NCBI RefSeq assembly: GCF_036321535.1
Contig: NC_087436.1
Location: 8,370,001 to 8,434,000 of the forward strand
Direction of reading: 5' to 3'
From: Camelus dromedarius
Taxonomy: Eukaryota
Length of the DNA: 64,000 bases
Positions 39,621 through 53,725 of the stretch are shown piece after piece (the first letter of the stretch is position 1; each line of letters opens with the position of its first letter). The notes beneath the pieces were generated by a model, which worked only from the letters and a program-made list of their open reading frames with translations, was not told where the DNA came from and did no database searches. Position numbers and translations under genes: made by a program.

Positions 39621-40259
39621 AAGAATAAAATTAGATCAAAACAAGACAACACAGAAAACACATTTTCGGGAAAAATACACAAACCAGCTTGGCAATGGAT
39701 TTAACTCTGACATGGCTGCTAAAAGACACAGCGGTGGTGATTTTAACTTTATGGGTAAAGTGATTTTCTACCAGTTAAAAGCAGAAAAATTAACGGCCCT
39801 GAGGGAGGAGTTTAAACAAGGCAGATATATTATTATTTAGAAAGTTTCTCTTGCATCTGCCTTTGTTAAGAAATTATTTGAGAATGTACTCTGGCACACT
39901 GCGACTGTAAACAAGGAAGAAACAGTCTTAGACACCAGGTAACAGTGCCTCTTCCTATCAGTCAGTCCCAAGATGACAGCACAATTGCAGGGTAGAGAGT
40001 AAAGTTTTAGTTCAAGAATGAGGATTGAAAGAGGAGTCTCTCAGAAGGGCAATAAACAAAGGCAGTACGTGAGAAAGCGTGACTGAGGCAGCCGAACATA
40101 CAATGAAGGCATCATAAAAATAGTCCCCGAAGAAGATTTTATAAGGTCAACAAAAAGCAGTATCACAATTACCCCATCACTACAACTGCTACTGTCTTCA
40201 AGACAACCTATGAAAGGAGTAGGAGACAAATTAAATATGACCATAATAGTATAAAATTC

Positions 40260-40357
40260 TGTTATTTATTTTATTTATTTTGAAGGGGAGGTAATCAGGT
40301 TTAATTGTTCATTTTATTTATTTAATGGAGATACTGGGGATTGAACCCAGGACCTCA
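40260..40357 (-). mobile_element. 5'-truncated tRNA-derived SINE
   Basis: 'gaaggggaggtaatcaggttt...aatggagatactggggattgaacccaggacctca'. Confidence 0.82.
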
Positions 40358-40761
40358 TCCAATCAAATATGATAAATATTTATTGGTTCCTGTGGTATGC
40401 CCAAACTAACTCAGCAGCCACTGTTTTGGACAAACAGTTGATATCTTTTGAGGAGATGGAAAGTCTTTCGATTGATTTAGAAATGTTTTTGTGTCTCCTC
40501 CTGGATTTGTGCCTTTCTGTCTCCACATGGACTTTCATATGCTCTGCTTTCCTAGGTCCAGTGACACATTCTGCTCTGTGGATTGTCCAATACACTCAGT
40601 TGGGGTTATTTTCCTCCCTCACAGAGTTGGATACGTCCTTCCATCTGCCATTAGTGTGACACAGTTGTTTTGCCCTCTTTCTGGTGATGCTTGAGTCATC
40701 CTGGTGTCAGTGTTGAGAATCATTCATTTTCATTATCTTAACTCAGAAAAAAGAATCAAAA

Positions 40762-41239
40762 TGTAACTAAGCTGAATCCTATGGGGCCTTCCAGGGTCAG
40801 ACCCCTCCCCCATATCCTCTGCTGCAGATCCTTCCTGAAGCACCCAGATAATAGTACCTCGTGTGTATTTCCTGAGTGTTTCAGATGCTTAAAACCACCA
40901 CCAAAGGGAAGAAATTAACTATTTGATGATCAAGAACCATAGCCTCCAGACCCTCTGGCACCTAAGGGTTGATGGTGTTGACTGCCATGTTACCTCCACA
41001 TCAGCCAATCGGAAATGATTGTCCATGAGCTGATCAGGCACCCTGCAATCCTCTCCCTCACCTGGGCTTTAAACAGGCTTTGCTGAAACCCTTCAGGGAG
41101 TTCAGGGTTTTTCCTGGGCATGAGCCACCCCGTCCTCCTTGCTTGGCCCTGCAATAAATCCTTCTCTGCTCCAAACTTCCAGGTTTCAGTTTGTTTGGCC
41201 TCATAGTGCAGTGGGCACACGAACTTGCCTTCGGTAATA
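40762..41239 (+). mobile_element. ERV1-type solo LTR (family B)
   Basis: Starts tgtaac and ends ggtaa(t)a, with aaaa on both flanks. Contains 'agccaatc' (CCAAT), TATA-like 'tttaaa' and 'caataaa' in LTR order. Confidence 0.78.
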
Positions 41240-41627
41240 AAAATATACACGTTGTTAAAAATTAATCTAGCATTCGCATGATACAAAGCATTACTGTTAA
41301 TCCATGGACCAAGTCAATGATGGAACGTTAATGCTCAAAATTATAACACACTTCAGTTGCTCACATGGTCCTGTAAATTAGAGTGAGCAAAGATTCTCAG
41401 CATCCATTGCTGGAAACAACAGATCATGGCTTCCAAGATCAGGGGTCAAAGAAAAAGCAGTAACAGGGACTGTGGAAGGCAGATCATCTCTGTCACATCC
41501 ATTTGACACTGAAAAGGGTATTGCTTTTAGCTTCTATCTGGGGGCAGTTATATGGGTTCTGTACTTTTCCCCCAGACTTCCAAACTCATCATCCAAAAAC
41601 AGAATTTTTTAAATTCTGGAAAGGGTT

Positions 41628-41702
41628 TTTTTTTTTTTAAATTTGTACTCTAAGTTGCATGGTTATTATGCGCTCCACCACGGAACTATACTTAACCCCC
41701 CA
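41628..41702 (-). mobile_element. Degenerate or partial tRNA-derived SINE
   Basis: 'atgcgctccaccacggaactatac...cccccc' is an antisense SINE 5' head, preceded by poly-T. Confidence 0.5.
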
Positions 41703-43820
41703 ACGCCCAGATTTAGCACTTTTAGTGCTAAAACTGGAGCAGAAGAACCAGAACTTTTTCCACCCTGCTGTGCTAACATGTAACAACCTATAGAAAACAG
41801 TACACGGAACAAAGTCCTTGAAGAGAAAGTTAAATGAAGCACTGAAAAGGAGAGAATGTAGAAACAGTATAAGCATATTTGTTTGGCAGGGGAGTTTGTA
41901 TCAGACACATTTTCTGGGAAGTGGAAGAGCAGTTTATTAAAAAAAAAAAATCCACAATAGTCAAAAAAATTAGCTCCTGAATAAACGAGGGTCCTTATGA
42001 GTAGAGTCAGAAGAGTGGGGTTATTATCTCTTCCCTTTCTCTCTCCATATATATGTATATAATATATATGTGCATATATATCCATATATATGTCTGTGTA
42101 GGTATATGTCTACACTCATATATGCATACAATTTAATTACACTTAACAGTAATGAAATAAAAGTATTATACATATATGCATATATATGATTTTTTTACTC
42201 TTACAGTATACCTATTATTTAAGCCACAGGATATCACATTTGACAAATAAAAAATGGACATTCCAAATTTATAATCTGTGCTTCTGGGAGAGAGCAATGT
42301 TAAAATAAAGGACATAAAGGGAAGAGAGAGGAAGATGAGTGGGAGAAAACTGTTCTGAAAGTCACTTGATTGGATGGAAAAAATGAAAATACAAAATATG
42401 AAGATATAATGATACTTGAATTGAGCAACATGAAATAATGGAATACCTTAACATCCACTAGAAAATGAAGCAGAATTACTCTGATTTTTATAACTGTTTT
42501 TTGTTAGTTTTAATGTGGCTTACGTTTTATTAAATGTGACTTGGTTATGCTAGTTTCTTTAGATATTCTTAGTAGGGGCTGACATTTTGCAAATTCCAAA
42601 AATATATAGTCATATGATTATATTAATTTATATTCAAATACTTCACTCATATCTGTTGTGGAATCAAAATATGTTTCAAAATCTTAGAAGTGTAGTTGTA
42701 ATCACCTTTTTTTTTTCCATTAATACCACTTTTAGTTGAAGATTAAGTGCTGGCATTTTCCATTTAGTACCTCAGAAGATGTTATTTTTACATTATTTTG
42801 TCTTTCTACTATAAGCACATTATATTCTATTGGTTTTAGTCATTTATGGAAATTGCAAATATCATTGATACTGATTTTCAAAAGACATAATAGTGACTTT
42901 TTGAGAATTTATAGTAGATTAATATGTAATTTATTGCCTGAGCTGCATGGAATCTATTCAAAATGTTACTGCCTTGCAAATATTCACTACGACAGACTAG
43001 ATATTTGCATTGTTTTAAAATATTTCTATTCAAAGTCAGTTGTTAAAATTTAAATGATACCTATTTTTTCTAATAAATTAGTTCTTATTACAGGAATATT
43101 TAAAAGTATGTTATGTAAAATAAAGAAACTTGGTAGAGATTTGTAAACAATGATGCTAAATGTATTTTAATAGGATTTATGGATCCTCGTTGAATATATT
43201 TTGCAAATATATTGTCTTTATATTTTTCATAAGTTGTATCCTTCAGTTATGGAGATCATAAATTCATGGTATAAGAACTATGGGTGTCGCTTCTGTAAAT
43301 AATACAGGCAAAACTCAAAATTTTGATCGACTTTTGGACAAATGTCATTGATTTGTTGCTGAAAAAGCTAGAGAAACTCCATGTGCACCAAGTTATGAGT
43401 AAAATACTAACTGAAGTGAAATCCTGTGCTTTGTAGCAGGTTGATGGGAAAGAAGGACAGCTTGAGGAAGACGAAATGGGGAAGGAAATGGGATTTGGAG
43501 CATGTGATTATAGACAGGAGAGAAGTCTAAAGAGATCTGGTGCTGAATCTTGCATGCTAATCGTACTGATCTGAATATTCAACACACATCTGATGTAATT
43601 TGCTCTAAATTACCGCCCAAACAATTTTTCCTCAAATAGATCATAAACCTTTTCTGCTGAGTGTTTAAAATAAAGATTGGATCATCTTCTCTATTCTTGT
43701 GCATTCTTCTTTTGTTTCCTATTTTAATAATATATTATATATAGTATATTAAATATAATATATAGTAGTATTGTGTACAAGAAAATATTTATTGGCAATG
43801 ATGGATTCCAAGATGTCATG

Positions 43821-44770
43821 GTTTTGTTTTGTTTTTAATTTTATTTTCAAATAAAATTTGTATATATTTAAGGTGTACAACTTCATGTACTGATATACAT
43901 GTACATAGTGAAATGATTATTACAGTTAAGCCAACTGACATACCGTCTCCCAGTTGCCTTTTTTTGGAGTGGGAGCACCTGAGTCTACTATCTCAGCAAA
44001 TTCCCAGTATTCAGTACAGTATCACCAATCGTAGGCAACATACTGTGCATTAAATACTTACCCATCCTATGTAGCTGCAACTTTGTGCTCTTAAACCAAC
44101 ATCTCCCCATTTCTCCCACTGCCTCTCCCCTGAAAACCACCATTCCACCCCCTGCCTCGGTGTATTTTTTTCAGATTCCACATATAAGTGAGATCAGGCA
44201 ATCGTTTCTTCCTGCGTCTGGCTTATTTTGCTTAGTCCTCCAGCTTCATCCATGTTGTTGCAAATGGCATCATCTCTTTCTTTTTCTGAGATTGAATCAT
44301 ATGATGTATCTATGTAGATTCATATATATGTATATGCCCAGGTTGTTTCCACGCCTGGGCTATTATGAATAATGCTGAAATGATCATGGAGAACCATTAG
44401 TTCTTTGAGTTACCGAGTTCAGTTCCTTTGGATGTGTAGCTGGAAGTGAAATTGCTGGGGTCAGATAGTAACTCTAATTTTAACTTTTTGAGGAACTTCC
44501 ATATTGTTTTCTGTGGTATCTGTACCAGTTTACGTCCCCATCAACTGTGCACAGGTTTATAGGGTTCCCTTTTCTCCACATCCTCCTCAATGCTTGTTTT
44601 TTTGTTGTTGTTGTCTTTTTGATACTAGCCATCCTAGCAGGTGTGAACTAATATTTCATTGTGGTTTTGATTTACATTTCCCTGATGACTAGTAATGTTG
44701 AGCACCTTTTCATACACCTGTTGGCCTTTTTTTTTTTTTTTTTTGGAAAATTGTCTATCCAGGACCTCTC
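43821..44770 (-). mobile_element. LINE-1 (L1MA-like) 3' ~1 kb
   Basis: 'tgtatatatttaaggtgtacaac', 'cagattccacatataagtgagatca', 'agggttcccttttctccacatcct' and 'cattgtggttttgatttacatttccctgatgactagt'. Confidence 0.9.
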
Positions 44771-44776
44771 CTAGTT

Positions 44777-44818
<42 letters not shown>
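44777..44818. repeat. (ATG)14 microsatellite
   Basis: Perfect trinucleotide run. Confidence 0.95.
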
Positions 44819-46327
44819 TGTGTGACTGAGTTGTGTTATGTTGCTTGTAAGTGAAATCTAAAACTAATTCAGATGTACTCTTAATTAATTTTCTATGTAT
44901 TTTCACATTTAATCTGATACTTAAATTACAGAGAAAATGTTCACATGATCATTTGTTGTATCTAAATAACACAGCAAAGACTTTCTACTGTATAAAGGAT
45001 TTCAGTCTATGTTGACATTTGCAGTCACTTCTCGTCTGATCAATTGTTGGAATTTAAGGTGTGAGTCAAAGGGTATGCTTGCTGATTTTTACCAGGGATC
45101 ATTACCTAATTTCTCTCTTATTTTATTACCAATATTTACAATTTATTTTATGTTTATTTTATCATGGTCTTATTTCTTTTATAAGACCCCAAAGACAGCA
45201 AAATAAAAAATGAAAAAAAAAGTTTGATCTTGAATCCATCCAGACCTACGTTTGAAAAGGAGACACCCTATTGCCTGGGTAACCTTGGTCTGGTCAGCAA
45301 TCTCAGCCTTTCCCTCTTTCACTGCAGGGATGTGATCTCCTTAGAGTCTCAAAATTTAGAATCCAAACCTCTGACTTTGCACAATTTTAGAAAGAATTCC
45401 ATAGAGTTAACCCTACACATATTATCATACCACCAATATCACACCCAGAAAACTATGCATGCACACCCCCAAAACTATTCCCACACTCTGGGCGATTAAA
45501 TGAGTCAAGAACTCATTACGCAGCTCTGTCAAAGACCACGGCAGAGATGCAGTGGCAGGTGATTGCAAAGGGGAGATAGAAAACTCACCCCCACGATGTT
45601 GATCAATTTTCTCTAATTGTCCAGAATCTGTAACGTGGGAACTCAAGTCAATTTGGGAGAAATCAGGAAAATATAGAGATTAATAATGAGCACTCATGAT
45701 GCCTTTACCACTTGGGACAGACAATTTAACTTTTAGTTCTTGTTTTAAAGTCATGTTTCCTTGTTTAGTTCCATGAAATACAAGCAGAAGTGCTGAGTGC
45801 CGTGTCTCAGGCTGGCACGACTTCCTCCAAGGTCTTCCCACCTCTTGGCTTTCTGATGTGGTTTATCTCAGGTTGACCTTGTAGGACCACGTGCTAAAGA
45901 TGTCAGAGCACCTGTGTGAGTGAGTGCACAGACCCTCCGCCAGGCTGTGGACGGACCATGCTTCTGATAAAGGCAACATGTAAACGTAGCCCTTAGATAT
46001 TTGGGACCTTTTATTAAAGCACATTGACTATTTACAACGACTGCAACATGATTCCTTTTTCCAAATGGAAATTATATTTTTGCTCCATTATTGTATTTTG
46101 GGCAGGTATTTTTTTTTAAGTCATCATTGCCAAAGTAGCCACAACATGAGCTGAAAGAGAGTGCTTAGGACACATCCCAAGAGATCTTAGAAAGCGGGCG
46201 GATATAGTGCAGAGGGGGCATGAGGAGTTCAGCCTTGGGATGGGTGGAAAAATAGCTCTACTTGTGGGAAAAAAGTGGAATGCAGGAATACTACACTGGC
46301 TGGAGGGCTGATTTCTCCCTAGACCCT

Positions 46328-46512
46328 ATTTTAAATTGAAGTATAGTTGGTTTACTATGTTGTGTTAGTTTCAGGTGTACAGCAAAGTGATTCAGTTTGA
46401 TATATATATATACGTATTCTTTTCCAGATTCTTTTCCATTATAGTTACTATAAGCTATTGACTATAGTACCTTGTGCTATATAGTAAGTCTTTGTTGTTT
46501 ATTATATTTATA
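46328..46512 (-). mobile_element. LINE-1 3' end (short), probably inside an old MaLR LTR
   Basis: 'ttgaagtatagttggtttact...tttcaggtgtacagcaaagtgattcagtt'. The flank at about 46515-46740 resembles MLT1. Confidence 0.8.
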
Positions 46513-46879
46513 AAATCCCCTGAGTTGTGTAGTTGGTAAAGCAAAGACTACAGTTCCTGTCCCTTAGATGTGGCATTGTGCCTGCAATGAGACCAGCAGA
46601 ATGAGGGGGACAGATGTGTGCTTGTCCTAAGCTTTCTCTTTTGACTTCCATGGACTAAGACCTAGAGCTGGAAGCCAAACGACATATTTAAGATGGCAGA
46701 ACACACACATCCACTTGGTCTTTGGAGTAAAACTCAACTTAGATGCTTTTGTCTGTCAATATTTGGAAGGATGGGGAGACAGAATATAATTTCTATCATA
46801 CTTAATTAAACCGAAAGGTACACACAACATTTGATTCAAATTCAATGCATCAAATTAAAACGTATGGACACATCTAACT

Positions 46880-47235
46880 GTGAAAAAGGCTAAAGAACAG
46901 ATTGGTGGTTATCAAGGTTGGGGGGGTGATGAGGAGGGGTGGTAATTATGGGTGAAGGTGGTCAAAGGGTACAAACGTTCATCTGCAGGATGAGTAAGTC
47001 CTGGGGATGTAATAAACAGCTTGGCGACTCTAGTTAATGATACTCTATTTGAAAGTTGCTAAGAGAGTAGTTTTTAAAAGTTCTCACCACAAAATTGTAA
47101 CTTTGTGAGGTGATGGATGTGTTACCTTTATTGTGGTGATCGCTTTGCAATATATACATATATCAAATCATGATGTTTACGCCTTAAACTTACATGATGC
47201 CTTATGCCCGTTATGTCTTTTCTGGAAGAAAAAAA
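46880..47235 (+). mobile_element. LINE-1 (L1MA-like) 3' end
   Basis: 'gaacagattggtggtt...gggtgaaggtggtcaaagggtacaaac...gaaagttgctaagagagtag...gtgaggtgatggatgtgtta'. Confidence 0.85.
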
Positions 47236-47360
47236 GATGGTGACACAAAGTCAAGGATCTCCTGGTGCTATTTGTATACTTCAGAGGTTACTTCTACTCA
47301 TTACCCACAAACCACTCATCTAACATTACGTACAAAATGAAAGTAAAGCCCTTCTTTACC

Positions 47361-47521
47361 TTTTTTTTTTTTTTTTAAATTGAAGTACCATTAGTTACAA
47401 TGTGTCAATCTCTGGTGTAAAGCACAATGTCCCAGTCATGCATATACATACATAGATTCGTTTTCATATTCTTTTTCATTAAAAGTTATTACAAGATAAT
47501 TGAACTTAGTTCCCTCTGCTA
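47361..47521 (-). mobile_element. LINE-1 3' end (short)
   Basis: Poly-T plus 'ttgaagtacc...tgtcccagtcatgcatatac', near-identical to the terminus of the 17716 copy. Confidence 0.85.
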
Positions 47522-48754
47522 CCCTCTTTATCTTTTTACCACCTACTCTTCCTCCTACTAGGATTTAATTTCTCTACCAACGTTGTCTTGTATTCTCACA
47601 TACATTAATTTTTTTAATCAGTCCAAGCTGACAGAACCAAAAAGCAGTTCAAACATTTCTGAAATCTATTCGAACTTAGCTTTGAAGTTGGCATACAAAG
47701 ATTTATTTTTGATCATATTCCTTTAAACAATGTTTTCCAGTTACTCTCTAATTTATGATTAATGTTTTCATATAAAATTATTTCTTGCTTCTAAATGCAG
47801 TCAAACGTTAAAAAATACACTTACTGAATTCCATAAAATCTCCTGAAATACCTCAGAAAATTATTTATCTGTTTTTTGACTCTGTTGATCAAAACAATGG
47901 TAGTGGTGTTTTTAAAAAATTAATGATATTAGAGAATATTTACTATGAACACATCAACGTTAAATCTTTACTGAAAGAAAAATTGTGCATAAATGAATAT
48001 ATTTAAGCCAGCAGCACCGCATAATAAATCAGCCAGAGTATAGTTTTAGAGCAGTTCTGAGTGGATAAAGATATCACATTCAAATACCTAAATAAGGAAT
48101 GAGAGCACTCTAAAAAATAACTGATATAATCTCAGAAGATGCTCAGAAAAGCCTGTGCAGAGAGGGTTTATAAGGCCAGTTTTTCAGTTGCAGAAAAATT
48201 GACCAAGAAGTCTATATGACAGCAGGACTTAGTTTACACATTTTAACTGCAGAGCTAAAAAAATCAAAAAGGAAAAATTATTTTTAACCCTCAAAACATT
48301 TGCATTCACTGCTGAAATAAGTCATTAGAAAAAGGAAGCTGATAGTCACCAAGGCAGTAATTGCAAAGAAAACTTTAACACTCAATAATCATAACATTTT
48401 ACAAAAGTGATTTAATCCCCCCCACATAACAGTTCTAAGTGAGCAGTGTATGCCTGGAATATTGGTGTCAATTGTATATTTATGTGTCAGAATAAAACAC
48501 AGGTAAATATTTCTGTCCAATTTTTTCTTTCAATATTAAATATGGTAAGAGAAACAAATAAAAAACATGTTATACACTTTGTATCATGTGAGTGTGGTAG
48601 AGAAAAAACCCGGAGGTGTGACACACGCAACTTTATTAAAGATGAGTGTGAGTTTTCTTCATACAAAATAAGTAACAGCTAAATATTATGACATTTTAAA
48701 TAGCCAAATTCTAGTAAGTGTAGAAATAATATTCATTGTAATTAGACAAATTAC

Positions 48755-49142
48755 TTTGTTTTTATTCATTTATTTATTTTTATTAACGTATAATTGAGTT
48801 ACAATGTGTTAGTTTCTGTTGTACAGGAAAGCGATTCAGTTATACATATATATTATTTTGCATATTATTTTTCATTGTAAGTTACTATAAAATATTGAAT
48901 ATAGTTCCCTGTGCTATACAGTAGGACCTTGTTGTTTATCTATTTTATATACAGTAGTGCATATCTGTTGACCTGAAACTCCTAATTTATCCCTCCCCTC
49001 TTTCCTCTTTGATAACCATAATTTCATTTTCTTGTGAGTCTGTTTCTGTTTTGTAAATCAGTTCATTTGTATCTTTTTTAGACCCTACATATAAGTGATA
49101 TCATATGATATTTGTCTCTCTCTGTCTGACTTACTTCACTTT
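48755..49142 (-). mobile_element. LINE-1 3' end
   Basis: 'ttgaatatagttccctgtgctatacagtaggacc...tgtctgacttacttcactt'. Confidence 0.88.
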
Positions 49143-49214
49143 AATTCTTGGTATATAATAGTACACAGGTAAGGATTTTGTGTCCCAGAGAAAATTAAGA
49201 TCAAACTAGTCTCT

Positions 49215-49330
49215 TTGATTCATTTGCATTGTGACCCTGGCCACATCACTAACTTCTGTGAGACTCAGGTTTGGTTGTTGTTGTTTTTAACATAAAACAT
49301 AGGGAAATCAGCCTCTAACCTATAGCATTT
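49215..49330 (+). mobile_element. MIR core fragment
   Basis: 'tgtgaccctggccacatcactaacttctgtgagactcaggttt'. Confidence 0.55.
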
Positions 49331-50335
49331 ATGTTAAAACTCCTATTCTCTGCCAGACACTATGCTAGGTGCTAAGTAGATAGAAGGTTAAAGAAGACAG
49401 ATCCTGACTTAAGGGATATGATATCCCAGAGAGGAACAGTGGGTGCAGGACAGTGTGATGTATGTTGGGCAATAATGGTACGCACTGCACACTGTGTGCT
49501 CGGGAAGGGAGGGCCAGTCTATCACCAGACCTGGTCAAGGTGAGTCACTGTAGGAGACGCTCTGAAAGATGGACTGGCAGCAGTTGGATGAAGAAGGGGA
49601 GAAGCGTGTTCCAGGTAGAAGAAAGTGCATACGCAATGTCTGGGGAGGTACAAAATGACGGGGGACGTTCTTCTGGGACAAATAGAGAGGAAAGAGGGAG
49701 GGGTTAGGGTAGGCGATGGGAAGTGAGGCGTGGGGAGGAGACCCCAGCCAAATTATAAAAGGCTTTATGTTCTAAAGGAAGCACTTACAGAGGATGTATT
49801 TGCTATTGAAGTTTTAAAGCATGTGGGTGTTTGATTTTGGTGGGTGTGGAGCACGGTGGAAAGTTGGTGAAAATAAAAGCGAGAAGTGCAATTGGGAATC
49901 AAATCTGGATATTTAGGCAGAAATAGTGGGGAGAATAACAGAACTGGGACAGTGGGGGAAAAAGAGAAGACGAGAGATGCCAAATTTAATAAAGAGGAGA
50001 TTTCTCAGGCTGACTGGATGACCAGACGGGTGACAGGGGAGGAGTCCAGGTTTCTGCGTCTCTGGCTTGGCTGACTGCAGAAACAGGGCGATTCACAAAC
50101 ATGACACTTACAGGGAGAGGGACATTTGGGGGTAAAGATCGTCTTCAGATTTAAACATATTTATTTCAGCTTTTAATGAGACATCTCAGTGGAAGATGCC
50201 AGATGGGCTTTGGCTCAAAGGACAGAATTCTGACATGGATTTGGAGTTCTTGGGTTTATATGTGCTAATCAAAAAATTGTCCAGCTGAGGTCATCCAGGT
50301 GAGCATACAGAGAAAGCAGAGCTCTGGAGTCCAAT
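49330..50335 (-). mobile_element. LINE-2 3' region (fragmented)
   Basis: 'ctcctattctctgccagacactatgctaggtgct', 'gtgttccaggtagaagaaagtgcat', 'tccaggtttctgcgtctctggcttgg' and 'gagacatctcagtggaagatgccag'. Confidence 0.65.
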
Positions 50336-51879
50336 GATAAACATGAGACAAGCAGAAATATGACAAAGTTGTTTTGTGATGGATAATTTTTTTTAAAAAC
50401 TTGGTTTATCACATAGTAAATACTAAAAATATCCATAATTGAGCATATGTACAATTGGTATATATAATTATGTGTAATATAATATTAATATATAATATAT
50501 ATTTATTTACAATCTGTAAACAATACGGTAAGCATTCCCTACACAGATGCATGTGTGTATGCATATTATCTATAATATTTATTATATTATCTACATGTAT
50601 AATCACTAGATTGCTACAAGATTAGAATATAAGGTAACTCAAAAACAGTGCCTGGAGTGGTCATAATTTTTTTTAACATAATAAATATTTTAAATGTTTC
50701 AGTTTATAATGGAATGTAGACAATATTAATTTAAAAGAAGATCTAAAGTGTGTTTGTATATTTAGGCTATCCATTTTGCTTCCTTAGTTAGCTACAGGTT
50801 TGCTCTATCTTTCCTGTCTTAGCCTTGGAGTTATTTTGACCCATTCTTCCCTTAAATGAACTCCTTCCTTTCTTCATCCCATTTCAGCTCCTTCAGACAT
50901 CTTTGAAATATATTTTGTCGTAGACATCCAACTGATCAGAGCAAATATCAGACCAGATCTGATCTTACTTTCTAGAAGATCAAAGAAAGATCTGGCTGAG
51001 CAGAACTCAGCATTCTATTCTTAGTTTGTATTTGACTTGTTTTCTAAAGAAACAAAATAATCAAAGTGTTTCCCAGGCATTATAACATAGTGATGGATTT
51101 TCATTACCTTTGTCAAATGAATAGAAGAAGAGAAAACGGTATTATTATATAAGTGCCTTTGTGTGTATTGAATAAAGATTTACTGCATGATAAACCAACA
51201 GATGGTTGTTTTGTGTGTGTTATGATCTAATAGCCATAGACATCTGAGTGCACAGCTTCAATAACTGTGTGATAAAGTTATTGAAAGTCTGAAGTTGCCT
51301 GAAGTCTTCAATTAAAGAAAAAAAACATCCCCTTCAGGTAATTTCTGGGAGAATGGAAAACTGCATTGCAATTAGACTTTCCACTGGGAGACATAGCTCA
51401 ATCTAATTCCATTTATAAATAACAAAAGGAACAGTGATAGCAATTTATCATCCGTCAGTGCCAAGAAATACCCTGGAGAAGGCCAGTGACCAGGGACATT
51501 AAACACAGTATCTGTGTGTGTTCTGAGATGCTGAAACCAAACTAAGGACCACATGTTCTGGGGACACTTAGACTTGATTCCTTTCTCATTTAAAAAAAAA
51601 AAAAAGAAAAAGAAAAAAGGACGTTTGTGGCTTGGAAACATTAACGAAAAGAGAAATATAGAGATGAGAAAACTAAATATATTCAAAGAAACTTGATTTT
51701 TCTCGCCAATTAAATTTGCTCTGACAAGACCATGTAGTATAGCTTTAAATAATGCCCCTGCTACACTGAGATCCTGGAAAAATTGAGGTCGAGTATCAGA
51801 TGGGAACTGAGACCACCTCCCTCACCCCGAAGCAAAGTCAGGAAGGATGTAACTTTTAGGAAATAACATTTAGGAAATG

Positions 51880-52090
51880 TGCTTCTGGAATAAATCTTCC
51901 GGTGTTTGCCCATACCATTTATTAGCTATGTGAACATCACCGAGTGACTGAAACTTTCTGTTTATACTTTGGATAATTGTGCCAATAATAGCACCACCTT
52001 CATCGAAGGTTGTTTTGAATTTTAAATAAATTAACATGCAGTTAGAAGGGAGCATAGGAGATAGTAAGCGCTCAATATGTGTGAGGTATC
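51880..52090 (+). mobile_element. MIR fragment
   Basis: 'catttattagctatgtgaac...aataatagcaccaccttcatcgaaggttgttttga...atagtaagcgctcaata'. Confidence 0.65.
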
Positions 52091-52407
52091 ATTTTCACTT
52101 CCTATTTTAAAATGTTACACATAGCTAATATGTCAGTCAATTCTACTGGTAAAGATAAGTGCATTTTTAAGAAACTCAAACATTTCATCCCATAAATTCA
52201 TTGCAGGAAGGTAGCCAGGAGATGCTACAGCAAATGAAGGGATGACAAAAAAAGAGAAGAAAACAATGGATCCAGAAAAGTGTGAAACTAGATGAGAAAA
52301 GATTCCCAGAATGACGGCTGAGTGGCTGAGAAGGTAAACATCAATTGAAGCAGAAAAATAAAGGGTGAAGAGAGAGGGTGGATTCAGCCAATAAAGAAGA
52401 CTCCACA

Positions 52408-52637
52408 TTACTGTATATAAACTAGACAAATAACAAGGACCTACTGTAGAGCACAGGGAACTAGATTCATTTTCTTGTAATGAGCTGTAATGGAAAAGAA
52501 TCTGCAAACATATATATATATATACATATGTATGTATATGTATAACTGAATTGCTTTGCTGTACACCTGAAACTAACATTATAAATCAACTAGACTTCAA
52601 TAAAAAACAAGAATTAAAAATAAAAAAATAAAAAAAA
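52408..52637 (+). mobile_element. LINE-1 3' end (short)
   Basis: 'aacaaggacctactgtagagcacagggaact...aaatcaactagacttcaataaaaaa' plus A-tail. Partial TSD gactcca. Confidence 0.85.
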
Positions 52638-53725
52638 GCTGACTCCATAGAAATTCATTAGTTGGAAAGTTTGGGAAAAGTAGTTGGCTAATATATAGAC
52701 ATGTATTTCATGAAAAATGAAGGTAAATTATTAATTTTGAAAAGTATATCAGTAAAGATTTATTTATAAGATATATGACTAGGCTCCATGGGGAAATTTT
52801 TCTACACAAATATACTGTAAACTTTGTTTCTGTCTTCTTACCTCTACACTAACAATAGACAACGTTATGCTGTGTTTATAACTCATAAACCTAGAAGACT
52901 TAGCATTATTGCATTGCAGGTGCTAAGAGTTTGGAGCAGGGGAACAAAGCTTAAAAAAGAGTAGCGTCCATAATGCCCCTGTCTTCCAAAATACGGAGTT
53001 AAATAATAGTTAACAAAAGCGAAAATATAAATGTAACAAAGTATTAAAAATTTTCAAGCAACCAAAAGATAAATTCAAATAGGGTTAGAAATATGATAAG
53101 AGAGTTGGCAGGAGGGAAGGTGCAAGATGAAATAAATGAGCTAAGTTCTCATCTGTTGTAACAGTCAAGTAATAGCTAATATCTAAAACTGATAAATCCA
53201 GCACAGGTGAGAAGACATATGACTTTGATACATGGTGGTAACTAACAGACCAGTCAAATGAAATCACCAGGGCAAGAGTAATAGGTAACTTTGGCAGGAG
53301 GTGACTGCATTTTGTTAAAGACATTCTGTTGTTTTTTTTTTTAATGTGAATATGTTACATATCAAAGGATAATAAAGTAGACAGTATACAAAAAATAACA
53401 AATTATCACCATATGAAAATATATTTAATCACACCAGCAATCAAATAATTATTAAATTTTAAATATTACAGTGGGATTCTTTTTTGTATGTTTTTTTAAA
53501 TTAACAAAAAATTAAATTATAATATAAATCAGAGGATGGAAGTGATAATATGATCCTCACAGAAGCTAGTGGAAATTCGTCAAATAATCACTTTTATTAA
53601 AAATTAGTTCCTGTGGCTAAACATCTATATATGCAATCTGTTGAAAGAACTCAATTTTTTTACTGTTAAAAACTAGTATTAAATGTCAAATATTTTCAAA
53701 TAACCTCGATTTAGAAATCTATTCC

